Shown here in pieces: positions 21,661-32,008 of a DNA stretch of 64,000 nt (the first letter of the stretch is position 1; each line of letters starts with the position of its first letter). A program made the position numbers and the translations under genes. The stretch is from Rebecca billardiae RCC1528 (Eukaryota > Protista > Haptophyta), in the NCBI GenBank assembly GCA_965240325.2, contig OZ251231.1:310001-374000 (forward strand), given 5' to 3'. Under the pieces are notes generated by a model. The model did not search any database. It saw only the letters and a list, made by a program, of their open reading frames with translations, and was not told the origin of the DNA.

Positions 21661-23043
21661 ATGAGCGCCGAGCTGCTTACGGCGGCCGAGGCGGGCGACC
21701 TCGCGCGCATCTCGTCGCTGCTGGACGCGGGCGAGGACGCGAGCGGCGAGACGGCGGAGGGGTGGACCGCGCTCATCCGCGCCACCGTGAATGGCCACGC
21801 CGCCGCCGTCTCGCTGCTGCTCGCGCGCGGCGCGCGCGTGAACCCAACGCGGCTCTGCCACACGCCACTGCGCGCGGCCGCGCTGTATGGGCGCGACGAT
21901 GTGGCGGCGCTGCTGCTCGAGGCGCGTGCCGAGCCGAATCTGCCCTCGCAGGGCTTGCGCACCCCGCTGATGGGCTGCGCCTTCGCGCGCACCGACGACG
22001 CGGAGCGCTACTCGCGCGCCGGCACGCTGGCGCTCGCGCGCCGTCTGCTGCGCGCTCGCGCGGACCCAGATGCGCAGAACGAGGCGGGCGAGACCGCGGC
22101 GCTGCTCGCGGCCGTGCGCGGGGACGAGGAGATGCTCTCGCTGCTGCTCGCCGCCGGCGCCTCAGCCGACATTGCCGACCTCGGCAATCGCACCGCGCGA
22201 GCTCTCGCGCCGGCGCCGTGCGCCGCGCACCCGCTGTGTGCGCCCGCCGCGGATGCCGGCGCTGGCGACGAGGGCGCGGTGCGCATGCGGCACGTGTACT
22301 GCGCGACGCCGCTCGGCGCGCTCGGCGTGCGCGTGTACACCCGCGAGCACCCCGCCGCCTCGCCCGCCCCCGCCGTCCTCGCCCTCCACGGCCAGCGAGA
22401 CGCAGACGCGGTGCGGTGGGAATGGCTGCCGCACGGGCGCCGCTGGCTGTGCGCCGCGCGCCGCGCCCCCGCGTGTGTGCTGCTCCCCAACCTGCACTCG
22501 AACGCGCGCAGCGCGCCGGGGCGCGTGAGGACGGAGGACGACGGCGCGTTGGACGCGGTGTGCGACGCCCTGCGCGCCGTGCTCGAGCAGCTCGTCCCGG
22601 CCGCGCCCGCGCCCAGCCTGGGCCGTGGCGGCGCCGACACAGCGGCGGTGGCAGCAGCGGACACGGCAGCAGCGGTCGTCGTCTGCGGCAAGAGCTGGGG
22701 CGGCGCGCTTGCCCTCGCCTTTGGCGCACGACACCCGGGCGCGTGCGCGCGGCTGCTCCTCGCGTGCCCCTCGCCCGAGCTCAGCTCGCTACCCGACAAG
22801 GCCGCGCACGCGCTCGGCGGCGCCCGGCGCGCGCTCCTCATCTGGGCCGACGACGACGCCACCGTCCCGGCGGCAGAGGCCGTCCCGCTCTGGCTGGCCG
22901 CACTCTCCGCGCCGGCGGCGGGCGGCGGGGCGCGCTTCGAGCTGCGCCGCACGCGCGAGGGCGGGCACTCACTCGGCATGCTGCACAGCGACGACGCCCT
23001 GCGCGCCGCCGTCGACGCGTTCGTGCTGGACGCCGACGACTGA
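21661..23043 (+). CDS. Ankyrin-repeat plus alpha/beta-hydrolase fusion protein
   Basis: About 5 ankyrin repeats (GWTALIRA, HTPLRAA, RTPLMGC, GETAALLA). Hydrolase part: VLALHG, GKSWGG nucleophile elbow, LIWADDDATVP (Asp), GGHS (His). Confidence 0.85.
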   Translation: MSAELLTAAEAGDLARISSLLDAGEDASGETAEGWTALIRATVNGHAAAVSLLLARGARVNPTRLCHTPLRAAALYGRDDVAALLLEARAEPNLPSQGLRTPLMGCAFARTDDAERYSRAGTLALARRLLRARADPDAQNEAGETAALLAAVRGDEEMLSLLLAAGASADIADLGNRTARALAPAPCAAHPLCAPAADAGAGDEGAVRMRHVYCATPLGALGVRVYTREHPAASPAPAVLALHGQRDADAVRWEWLPHGRRWLCAARRAPACVLLPNLHSNARSAPGRVRTEDDGALDAVCDALRAVLEQLVPAAPAPSLGRGGADTAAVAAADTAAAVVVCGKSWGGALALAFGARHPGACARLLLACPSPELSSLPDKAAHALGGARRALLIWADDDATVPAAEAVPLWLAALSAPAAGGGARFELRRTREGGHSLGMLHSDDALRAAVDAFVLDADD

Positions 23044-23187
23044 CGAGCCGGCGGCAGCGGTCTGCGGTGGCCGCCGGTGGGCCCGGTGGCGGCACGCACA
23101 CCGCCCACGGACACGTGTGACTGACCAAGCCGATCAGTCAGTGTATTATATAATAATAAGGACTCAGGTATAGTGATGATGACATGA

Positions 23188-23296
<109 letters not shown>

Positions 23297-23723
23297 ATAC
23301 GTACTCGTCGGTACAGACTACAGTGACTGGCTACAGTCCTGGGCCGTTGGACTGATCGTCTGCCCACGGTATACAACTCTCCGCGCAGCAAGTGACTTAT
23401 TCTTATAATAGTGAGTAGAGTAAGTAGTGGTAGCAGTATTAGTCGGAACGTCTCGTCTATAGTAGCAGTAGTACTGTCAGATAACAGACAACAGTGTTAC
23501 AGTGTGCGGGTAGTTAGCCTCCGCCGGAGTCGTGAGTCGTCGTCATCCGCGCCCGCGCCTTGGGCTTCCTGGGCCAGATGAGACGAGCACCTTCAGGCAA
23601 GCAATAGTTGAGTGCTGAGCCGTGCTGCGCGACTGCGGCGGCACCGCGTCTCGCGACGAGTCAGAAGGCGAACGGAGCGCCGCCGCCGCCTGCAGTCCGC
23701 TGCTGCCGCAGAGCGAGGGAGCC

Positions 23724-25031
23724 TCAGACCGCCGAGGCCGCGTCGTGGCGCTGCGCGTGCAGCATCGCCGTGGTGAGCTGCTCGTCGCCGCCCGCGCCGC
23801 GCGCGCTCTGGATCGTCGCGCGCGCCCATGACTTGGCCGGCGCCGGCGCCTCACGGCGCACGCGCGACGCAACGAACGCGACGGCGAGCGTGGTCGCCAT
23901 CCCAAAGGCGAAGGCGAGGGCGAGGGGGGCGACGGGCGCGCGCGCGGCGGCCGCGCCGCCCTCCGGCGCTCCTGACGCGAGGAGGGTCATCGCCGCCGCG
24001 CCCGCGGGCGGCGTGGCCGGCACCATGCCGGGCATGCCGTACCCGGGCATGCCGAAGCCGGGCATGCCGGCGGTCTCCGCCTGAGCAATCTTTTGCTGCT
24101 GGGCCACCCACGGGTTAGCGCCGGCAGCGGGCGCCGCGCCCGTAGCCGGGTCGGCGGGCGCGGTGGCCGGCATCATGCCCGGCATGCCTGGGAGGCCGGC
24201 AGGCGGCAGCGCCCCCGGGTACGTGCCGCCAGTCGCGGCCCACGGGTTGGCGGGCGGCGCCGTGCCGCCGGAGCCGTCAGCCGCGGGCGCCGGCGCCGGC
24301 ACCCCCGCTCCGGGCATGATGGGCCCAGGGTACGTACCGCCTGTTGCGGCGTAGGGCCCTCCAGCGCCCGGGTTGCCCGGCATGACCGGGCCGTAGCCGA
24401 CCGCGCCGGGCGCGGGCGCGCCGGGCCACCACGCGGGTGCCGCCACCGTGCCGTCGGCGGGGGCCTCGGTGAGCTTCTTCAGGGGCGCGTCCGTGTCTGC
24501 GAGCACGACAGTTGCCGCGGCCGCGGTCGACGCGGGAGGCGTCGCGCCGCCGGCCGCGCCCGCCGCGGGCCAGTAGGGGTTGGGGGGCACGGGGTAGGCG
24601 GCGGCGGCACTTGCGGGCGAAGCGGCGGCGGTGGTGGTGGCGAGCACGCCGCCGGTGGAGCCGCCAGCGCCCGTCGCGGGCGGCGCGGGCCAGAACTTGC
24701 CCGCCCAGTCCTGGCTAGCTGTCTTGGTCGCCGCGCCGCCGCCAGGCGCGCCCGCGTCGCCGGTGGCCGTCGAGCCGTCGGGGGCGACGCCGCCGGGCCA
24801 GTACGGGTTGGGCGGCACCGGGTACGCGCCACCGGTCGGGTCGGCTGGCGTCGGTGTCGCCGCCGACGCAGTGGTGGTGTCAGTCGGCTTCGTGCCGGGC
24901 GCGGGCCACCACGGGTTGTTGGCCATCGGGCCGGCTGGCGCCGACGCCTCGAGCTTGGGGTCGGCGGCGAGGACGCCCGCGCTCGCGCCGAAGAGCGCGA
25001 GCGCAAGGGTGGTCACTCGAGCGCCGCGCAT
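23724..25031 (-). CDS. Type I membrane, low-complexity Pro/Ala/Gly/Thr-rich protein with recurring aromatic-Pro motifs
   Basis: Signal peptide MRGARVTTLALALFGASAGVLA; repeats YPVPPNPYWP x2, WWP x2, GGTYPG x2, GMPG multiple; C-terminal TM LALAFAFGMATTLAVAFVA followed by SRVRRE. Confidence 0.75.
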   Translation of the reverse strand: MRGARVTTLALALFGASAGVLAADPKLEASAPAGPMANNPWWPAPGTKPTDTTTASAATPTPADPTGGAYPVPPNPYWPGGVAPDGSTATGDAGAPGGGAATKTASQDWAGKFWPAPPATGAGGSTGGVLATTTAAASPASAAAAYPVPPNPYWPAAGAAGGATPPASTAAAATVVLADTDAPLKKLTEAPADGTVAAPAWWPGAPAPGAVGYGPVMPGNPGAGGPYAATGGTYPGPIMPGAGVPAPAPAADGSGGTAPPANPWAATGGTYPGALPPAGLPGMPGMMPATAPADPATGAAPAAGANPWVAQQQKIAQAETAGMPGFGMPGYGMPGMVPATPPAGAAAMTLLASGAPEGGAAAARAPVAPLALAFAFGMATTLAVAFVASRVRREAPAPAKSWARATIQSARGAGGDEQLTTAMLHAQRHDAASAV

Positions 25032-25369
25032 GCTGCTGGCGCGAGTGCGGCTCCGGCCGGGAGGCGGCGTCAGTGGGAGGTGAGTCGGACGGACGCCGGA
25101 TGGAGCCACGGCCGCCGAGAGCACTTGCGTCAATGCGTCGTCGTGGCCGGAAAAGCTGTTCGCGAAACGCGCGCCCGCGCCCTGAGATGTGATTGAAAAA
25201 CGGCCTGATTCCTCGGCGCTCATTGGCTGGACGAGAGTCTGTTTTTAGGCCGGGCTGCACCCGGGTGCGCACAAAGAGTAGTCCGGCGCTGGCTGGCTCG
25301 ACTCAACAATCCGGAGCTCGTCTTTTCAAAGCACCGGGACGGACGTGCAATTGTCATCGTCGGGCCACG

Positions 25370-27109
25370 ATGCCGTCGACGCGCGCGAGCATGTCGTCGG
25401 CGCTCGCCGCGACGGCGTTGCTGCTCGCTGCGGTGCCAGCTGCCACCGTCGCGCTGCCGACAGCGCGTTCGAAGCCGCGGCTCGTCGCATCCCGCCTCGG
25501 CCTCTCGCGGGCGGCCGTGCGGGCGGACGGCTCCGCCGCCGATCCCGACGTGGCGGACGGCGCGGCCGCGCACGCGCGCGGGCAGCGCGCGCGCATCAAT
25601 CGCGACTTCACCGCGATCGCGCTCCCCTCGCTGGCCGCGCTGTCGTGCGAGAACCTCCTCTCGCTGGTGGACACCATGTGGCTCGGCCGGCTCTCCGCCG
25701 TGCAGCTCGGCGCCGCGGGCGTCGGCATCTCGGCGACCTACTCGCTCTCCAAGCTGTTCGACGAGCCGCTCGTCAAGACGTCCACGTCGCTCGTGGCGGG
25801 GAAGGAGGACGCGGAGCTGCGCGCGAGCGTGCTCTCGGCGCTCGCGCTCGCGCTCGCGCTCGGGCTGATGCAGCTCGTCGCCTTCACCGCCTTCACGCCC
25901 GCCATCGTCGGCGGGTTTGGCGTGGACGCCGCCTCGGCGATGCGCGCGCCCGCGGCGTCGTACGTGCGGCTGCGCGCGCTGGGCGCGCCGGCCGTGACGC
26001 TGCTGCTCGTGACGCAGGGCATCTTCCGCGCGCTGGGCGACACGCTCACGCCGCTGCTGTGCACGCTGCTCGGCAACCTCGTCAACTGCGCCCTCGACCC
26101 CATCTTGATCTTCGGGTGCAACCTCGGCTGCGGCGGCGCGGCCGCGGCCACCGCTGTGGCGAATTGGGTCACGGTCGTCCCGCTGCTGCTGCTGCTCGGC
26201 CGGCGGCTGGGCGTGGCGGAGCGCGCGCAGCGGCGGAGCGGCGCGCCCGCCGCGCCCGCCACCAGCCGCGCCGACCTGCTCCGCGCCGCGCGCGCCTACC
26301 TCTCAGCGGGCTCCCTGGTGTATGTCCGCACCGTCGGCAAGCTGTGGGGGTACGGCTTTGCGGCGCGCGCCGCCGCCAAGCTCGGCACGGCGCCGGCGGC
26401 TGCGTACGCGCTCACGTTCCAGCTGGGCGTGGCGACGACGCAGCTGTGCGAGGCGGTCTCGCTCGCGCTGCTCTCCCTCGTCTCGCGCGAGCTCACGCGC
26501 CTCGAGCGCGCCGTCGAGGGCGGCCTCACCGCCGCGCGCACCGCCGCGGCGCGCGCGGCCGCGCTGCGCGCTCGTTACGTGGTCACGCTCGGCTGCGTGC
26601 TCGGCGGCGGGCTGGCCGCGCTGCTCTCGGTGGCGACGTGGTGGCTGCGCGGCCGCGCGATCGGCGTGATGTGCTCCGGCGCGTCGTCGGGCGCGGTGCG
26701 CGCCCTCGCCCTCGGCGTGATGCCCGCCGTGCTCGTGACACAGGTGCTGAAGGGCCTCGCCTACCCGGCTAACGCCATCTTGATGGGCGGCCGCGATTGG
26801 CTGCTGTCCGCCGGCGCGATGTGGGCGGCGTCGGGGCTGCTCATCGGCGCGATCCGCTGGGGGATGCCGCTGCTCGCGCCCGCGGGCGCGGCGGCGGTGT
26901 GGGGGCCCGCCGGCGCCGCGCTCTCCGCCGCCGAGCAGTCCGCCGCGCTCGACGTGATCTGGCGCGCGCTCGCCCTCTGCTTTGGGGTGCAGGCGCTCAG
27001 CGCGCTCGTGCGCTACGCGAGCGGCACCGGCCCGTGGCGGCTGCTCAGCAAGTACGCGCCGCTGGGCGGCGCGCGTGATGGCGCGGCGGGCGCGGGTGAG
27101 GGCCGCTGA
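25370..27109 (+). CDS. MATE (DinF/DTX-like) transporter, possibly plastid-targeted
   Basis: IALPSLAALSCENLLSLVDTMWLGRL, YVRLRALGAP, QGIFRALGDTLTPL, NCALDPILIF; N-terminal signal-like plus Arg/Ser-rich presequence. Confidence 0.9.
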   Translation: MPSTRASMSSALAATALLLAAVPAATVALPTARSKPRLVASRLGLSRAAVRADGSAADPDVADGAAAHARGQRARINRDFTAIALPSLAALSCENLLSLVDTMWLGRLSAVQLGAAGVGISATYSLSKLFDEPLVKTSTSLVAGKEDAELRASVLSALALALALGLMQLVAFTAFTPAIVGGFGVDAASAMRAPAASYVRLRALGAPAVTLLLVTQGIFRALGDTLTPLLCTLLGNLVNCALDPILIFGCNLGCGGAAAATAVANWVTVVPLLLLLGRRLGVAERAQRRSGAPAAPATSRADLLRAARAYLSAGSLVYVRTVGKLWGYGFAARAAAKLGTAPAAAYALTFQLGVATTQLCEAVSLALLSLVSRELTRLERAVEGGLTAARTAAARAAALRARYVVTLGCVLGGGLAALLSVATWWLRGRAIGVMCSGASSGAVRALALGVMPAVLVTQVLKGLAYPANAILMGGRDWLLSAGAMWAASGLLIGAIRWGMPLLAPAGAAAVWGPAGAALSAAEQSAALDVIWRALALCFGVQALSALVRYASGTGPWRLLSKYAPLGGARDGAAGAGEGR

Positions 27110-27333
27110 GACGGCCTGGCCTGGCTGGCGCTCACGGCCGGGGCAGAGTCTCGGTGCACACGCGGCAGGCATGACAGCATGTATCATGAGGCGCTGGGCC
27201 GTCATCAGAATCAGTTGACTCTCACTCAGACTCAGATCTCGTCATTCATCGTCAGCAGTAAATCAGTGCCTTCACTCGGTCAGCTGTGTATCCATACCGT
27301 ACAGTACTATTCGTCTTAGTAAACTGTACTGTA

Positions 27334-28844
27334 CAGGTCGCTGCTTCAACTTTCGGACCCGATCGGGCCGATTGCTGCGTAATAAGCTGCGTTCACTTTT
27401 TGTGCACGATGGCGGCGGCGCCCCCGGGGGTCTGCGGCGCTCGAGATCGCGTCTGGCGGCACCCCCAGGGTGTGCCTGAGGTACAACCCAGCGGCTATGT
27501 ACCATTTAGACGACTTTGTTCCACTACCATGTGCCCCACGGACGCCACGAGGTCCACGACGGGGCCGCCGACGGCATGCTTCAACTTTCGGACCCGCGGG
27601 CTCTCAGCGCGCGCGCCGAGTCAGAGCCGCTGCCTGGTGAGCCGTGTGAGTCGGGCTAACGGCATCATGCATTCTAGACACTACATACATGCAGTAGACC
27701 ACCTCAGGAACGGACGAACATGCTCACTCAGCTTCCGCGCCAGCCCCAGGCGGCAGCTGCGGCTGCGCCGCCGCGGGCACCGTCGACCACTTTCGGACCG
27801 CATGCTCTCAGCACGCACGCGGAGTCTGCTAGCAGCTGCGGCCTGGTAGGCCATTCGAGTCGGGCTGACGGCATCATACATTCCAGACATCACGTGAGTG
27901 TAGCAGCCAACCCCAGGGGCAGGTAAGCATGCTCACTAGGCCACTGTCGATGTCAGAGTCTCCAGACCCTGCGCCGCGGGCGCCGTCCGGCGTTCGCCGT
28001 CGACGTCGACCGGGTGAACATTCGGACCGTGGGCCAGCACGCGCACGCGCTGCCTCCGCCTCCTTCTGCGCAGTTCGCGCGGCCTTCTTCTGGTTGAATT
28101 CCCGCAACGACCACGAGTCATTCTGGCCATCATTGAGCCGCACGTTGTCCGGCTTCGGCGCGGCGACCTCTACGGCGGGCACAGGAAGGATACCGAGCTG
28201 GTCGGCGAGCTCAGCCGCGTCGAACCTTACCGCCTCAGCCTAGCGCACGTCATCAAGTTCGGCCTCGTGCTGCTCACGCAGGCGCGCGAGCTTGGCGGCC
28301 TGGCGTGCCGACTACTGCTTGGCAAGCGCAACGTTGGCGCGGAAGGCTGGGGCAATCTTCCAGCGCATCCCCGCCGGCGTGGCTGTGAACACACTCAACT
28401 TCGATGATGCGAGCGCGCCAGAGGGCTCGTTGTCGTCGGCCGAGCACGCAGCCGCGCGCCCCAACACCAGCGCATGGCAGCCGCCTTCTGCGCAACTACC
28501 GCGCACTATATCTTGTAGGTCTCCGCTTTCGCCTCAAGCGAGTACGGCTTGACGCCCTTAGCCGCCTTCATCGAGGCGCTTGCGCTGGGCCCGGCCGGCG
28601 CGCACAGCGTCAGTGCGGGCGTACCGATCAGCGCAGCGCCTGAGCTGCGAGCGGCCGAGGACGATGCCAGCAGGCACCGCGACCCGACTGGTGACGTATA
28701 CTGACGGGCACGTCACCCCACGCGCCGACAGGCTGCTCAGCCCTGCCGCGGCGCGCCCGCCACGCACCCGCCGATCAGCGAGCCACTGTCGCCATCGCCC
28801 GGGTCCGAAAAACGAAGCAGTCCGAAAAACGAAGCAGCGACCTG
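27334..28844. mobile_element. Non-autonomous Tc1/mariner/pogo-like DNA transposon, 1511 bp, TA TSD
   Basis: Left end TA|CAGGTCGCTGCTTCAACTTTCGGAC; right end GTCCGAAAAACGAAGCAGCGACCTG|TA (imperfect TIR, internally duplicated on the right). Diverged internal ~100-bp repeats at ~27583 and ~27789; only stop-interrupted ORF fragments inside. Confidence 0.8.
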
Positions 28845-28873
28845 TAGTAGATTCTTAGTTACGTACGCGATCC

Positions 28874-30883
28874 ATGGGCGCGACGCGCCAGCGCGCATGC
28901 ATGCGGGCGGCGGCGGTGGCGCTCGTCGCGGCGCTGTGCGCCGCGCGCGTGGCGCCGCCGCCCCGGCCGTGCGCCGACATGGCGCGCCTTCCGCTCGCCT
29001 CGCCGCCGCCGAGCTGCGCGCTCGTGCTCTGGCGCCACCTGCCCAAGGCAGGCGGCACGTCGATGCGCGGCGCGTTCGCCCGACTGTACGCAGAGTCGGG
29101 CGGGCGCTGGCTGAGCGTGGGGCGGTGGGACCGGCTGAGCGACGCGGAGCGGGGGTGTTTGACGCCCGCGCCCAACTACCGCGTCAAGCTGCTCGCGCTC
29201 TGGGCCAACTGCACCGCATCCGTCGCGGCGGGCGCGCCAGCGCAGCCGGCTGTCCGAGGCGCGATCGAGTACCACGTCGTCAACGATGGAGGGCAGGCGT
29301 TCCCCGCGCACGCGGCGCGCGCGCGCGCGCTCGAGCGCGCGGCGCACGCCGCCGCCACCCCGCCCGGCCCCTCGCCGCGCGGCGTGCGCCTCGTCCTCGT
29401 CACCGTGCTGCGCGATCCGCTCGGCCGTGTCGCCTCGCAGTGGGAGCGGCCGACCATGGAGGCCAGGCAGCAGGTCCGGCGGATCCGGGCGGCGCTGGGG
29501 CTGCAGGACACGCCGGGCTGGATGGAGGACGAGGGCGCTCGGCGGCGCGTGGCGCGCGCATTCGCGCGCGACGCGCCCGAGCCGCAGTGCCGCGCCCTCG
29601 CTCTCGGCTACACTTCGACACGTTGGCAGAGCGCGCTGTCCGCGGCACGGGGCGTGCCGCGCGCACCGGCCGGGGTGACGGCACAGGACGAGTGGCGCGC
29701 GCTGTGGGCGGCGCAGGGCGGGGCCGGGGCGGGGCCACGCCCGATGGACAAGCGCTGGCTGGCGCAAGTGTGCGAGCCCGCGCGAGACGCGCGCGCAGAG
29801 CGCGCGCCGAGCTGGCGCGCGCCGGCGACAACTGCGGCGTCGGCTGAAGCCGAGGCGGCGGCAGCGGCGCCGAAGGGCGTGGGGCCAGGCAGCGCAGTGA
29901 GCGCAAGCGCCGACGAGCCCGACGCGGAGCTGATCCGGCTCGGCGTGCTCGAGCCCGCGGCGGCGCGCGCGGCAGCGCAGCGCTTTCCGACACGGCCGCC
30001 GCGCGCCGCCGCGCCGACGCTTGGGCTGCGCTGGCTGCTGCAGCCGTACGACGTGGTGGGCGTGACCGAGGCGCTGGAGGCGACGATGGCCGCCGTGTGC
30101 GTCGCCGCGGGCATGCACCTCTGCCCGATCCGCACCGCCATGCGCCACGCCGCAGGCAAGGGCGAGCCCGCCCACGCCTTGGCGTGGGAGGGAGCGGTGT
30201 GGCACGCCGCGCTCAACAGCACAGCCGCCGACCGCGCGCTGCACGCGCTCGCGCAGCGCATGCTCGGGCGCAGCGTGGCGGCGCTGCCGGCTGCGGTCCG
30301 CAGCGCGCTGTACGGCAAGGCCGACCACGGCCGCGACGGCCGCGACCGGGCGCGCGGTGGCGGCGCGCAGGAGGCGAGAGGCGGCGGCGGCGCCGCTCAG
30401 CGCGCGCGCGTGGCGCGCCCGATCCACATCCGGGAAGCGTCCAAGTGCATGCCGGCATTCAGGCTGGTCCTGCTCAAGACGGACATTCTGGGCGGGATCG
30501 TTGGCGCCGACCCCCCGCCGCTGTCGGCGCTGCCGCCCGATGCGCGCGGCTCGGCGAACCGCACGGCAGTGCCGCCCACGCTGCCAGACCTGAGCCTCGC
30601 ACCGCTGGTGCGAACGTGCGGGTGTTGCGTGCAGCCAGCGGGCGCGGCGCTGGGGGCGGGCGATGGCGACGACCAGGCCGCCCGCGGCGGAGGCGGCGAG
30701 CCCCCGAGATGCCTGCCTGCACTGCACATTGGCACGACGTCGCCCCGCGCCCCCCTGAGCGCAGCGCGGGCCTGCCCGATGCTGGCCGTGCCGCCGGCCC
30801 TCAACGTGACCATCCCCAGTCGGCGGAAGCCGACGAATCGCAAGGCGCGGGGAGCGCATGCCACCGCCTCGCCCACCGTGTGA
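28874..30883 (+). CDS. Membrane-anchored or secreted sulfotransferase (Sulfotransfer_2 / Gal-3-O-sulfotransferase-like)
   Basis: N-terminal hydrophobic segment; 5'-PSB LWRHLPKAGGTSMR; 3'-PB VTVLRDPLGRVASQW; YDVVGVTEAL. Confidence 0.75.
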   Translation: MGATRQRACMRAAAVALVAALCAARVAPPPRPCADMARLPLASPPPSCALVLWRHLPKAGGTSMRGAFARLYAESGGRWLSVGRWDRLSDAERGCLTPAPNYRVKLLALWANCTASVAAGAPAQPAVRGAIEYHVVNDGGQAFPAHAARARALERAAHAAATPPGPSPRGVRLVLVTVLRDPLGRVASQWERPTMEARQQVRRIRAALGLQDTPGWMEDEGARRRVARAFARDAPEPQCRALALGYTSTRWQSALSAARGVPRAPAGVTAQDEWRALWAAQGGAGAGPRPMDKRWLAQVCEPARDARAERAPSWRAPATTAASAEAEAAAAAPKGVGPGSAVSASADEPDAELIRLGVLEPAAARAAAQRFPTRPPRAAAPTLGLRWLLQPYDVVGVTEALEATMAAVCVAAGMHLCPIRTAMRHAAGKGEPAHALAWEGAVWHAALNSTAADRALHALAQRMLGRSVAALPAAVRSALYGKADHGRDGRDRARGGGAQEARGGGGAAQRARVARPIHIREASKCMPAFRLVLLKTDILGGIVGADPPPLSALPPDARGSANRTAVPPTLPDLSLAPLVRTCGCCVQPAGAALGAGDGDDQAARGGGGEPPRCLPALHIGTTSPRAPLSAARACPMLAVPPALNVTIPSRRKPTNRKARGAHATASPTV

Positions 30884-31246
30884 GAGAGGGCGAGCGCCGA
30901 CGTCGGATGGGATGGCGGCGGGCGCGGCCGTGTGCCGCCATCGCCCATCGGCAGTCTCCGCGAGGATCCCGACCGCCACCGCGCCTACTACTAGTAGGAT
31001 AATACAGTATCGGTTGCCATTCGTACAGTATGGGGGTAATGTATCGGATATACGTAATCTCGCCTGCCTGAGCTGTATCTACATGACCATGTGCGTCTCT
31101 TACAAACTGTACGGTACAGGAACCGATCGAAATCCGGGATACATACGAAACCGACGCCGAGTCGCCGACCGGCGGCGGCGGCGCCAATTTAGGACGGCAC
31201 ACCCCGGCTTGCCCAACGCCCAAGCCAACTCCCGCCTCCCGCCACG

Positions 31247-31477
31247 ATGGACAAGCCGCGAGCGCCCAGTGCCTCTGAGCTCGAGGACTACGCCAACAGC
31301 TTGAAGCACGTGGAGACCGAGGTGAAGAACCCGCTGCCCACCAAGGAGGACATCGAGGCGGAGAAGAAGGACGCGGGCTGGGCGTGGCAGTCGCCGCCGC
31401 TGTTCGAGAAGTCGATGGCGGACGGCATGCCGTGGGCACCGCAGTTCGACCTCACCGAGCCGATGGGCTTCGCCTGA
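31247..31477 (+). CDS. Beta-thymosin/WH2-like actin-binding microprotein (76 aa)
   Basis: MDKP...ELEDYANSLKHVETEVKNPLPTKEDIEAEKK aligns with thymosin beta-4 [38 protein letters not shown]; GC3-rich codons like the neighbouring genes. Confidence 0.8.
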   Translation: MDKPRAPSASELEDYANSLKHVETEVKNPLPTKEDIEAEKKDAGWAWQSPPLFEKSMADGMPWAPQFDLTEPMGFA

Positions 31478-32008
31478 TGGGTTTGCCGACCTAAACGGGA
31501 GCGCTCAGCAGCCGCGCTAACGCGAGCACGGCCATATCGTCGCTTGAGCTCGGCATTCTTGCAAGCGCGGCTGTCGCTCCGACTTGGTCTTGCTCTTGGC
31601 CCGTGAATCCCGTGATGGCATCACTGGCGGGTTACTCCGGTCCCTGCTGTCAGACAGTCCGTGAGCTGATTAGCAGGCTTCATTCGTCAGACGAATGTCG
31701 TCATCACATTATTTATATTATATTTGCATCAGTGCATGGTCACCCGTGATGATGTAGGCTTAGTACTACTGTATTCTCGAATCTCGGATTTGAGTCTGAG
31801 GGGCGGGCGGCCCCAGGGGCGGCCGGCCGCCGCAATCGCGCCCGGTCACTGGCCACGGGGCCCAGGCGCCCGACCGGGCTGACCCGGGCGGGCGCCGGGG
31901 GCCGGGGCCAGACTGAGACTCTGAGTCTGAGTCTATCGCGCGGCCCGGCCGCTTGGAAGGCTTGGGCACGGTCTGGCGCGGCGCGGCCCTAGCTGCTCGG
32001 GCTGGCAC

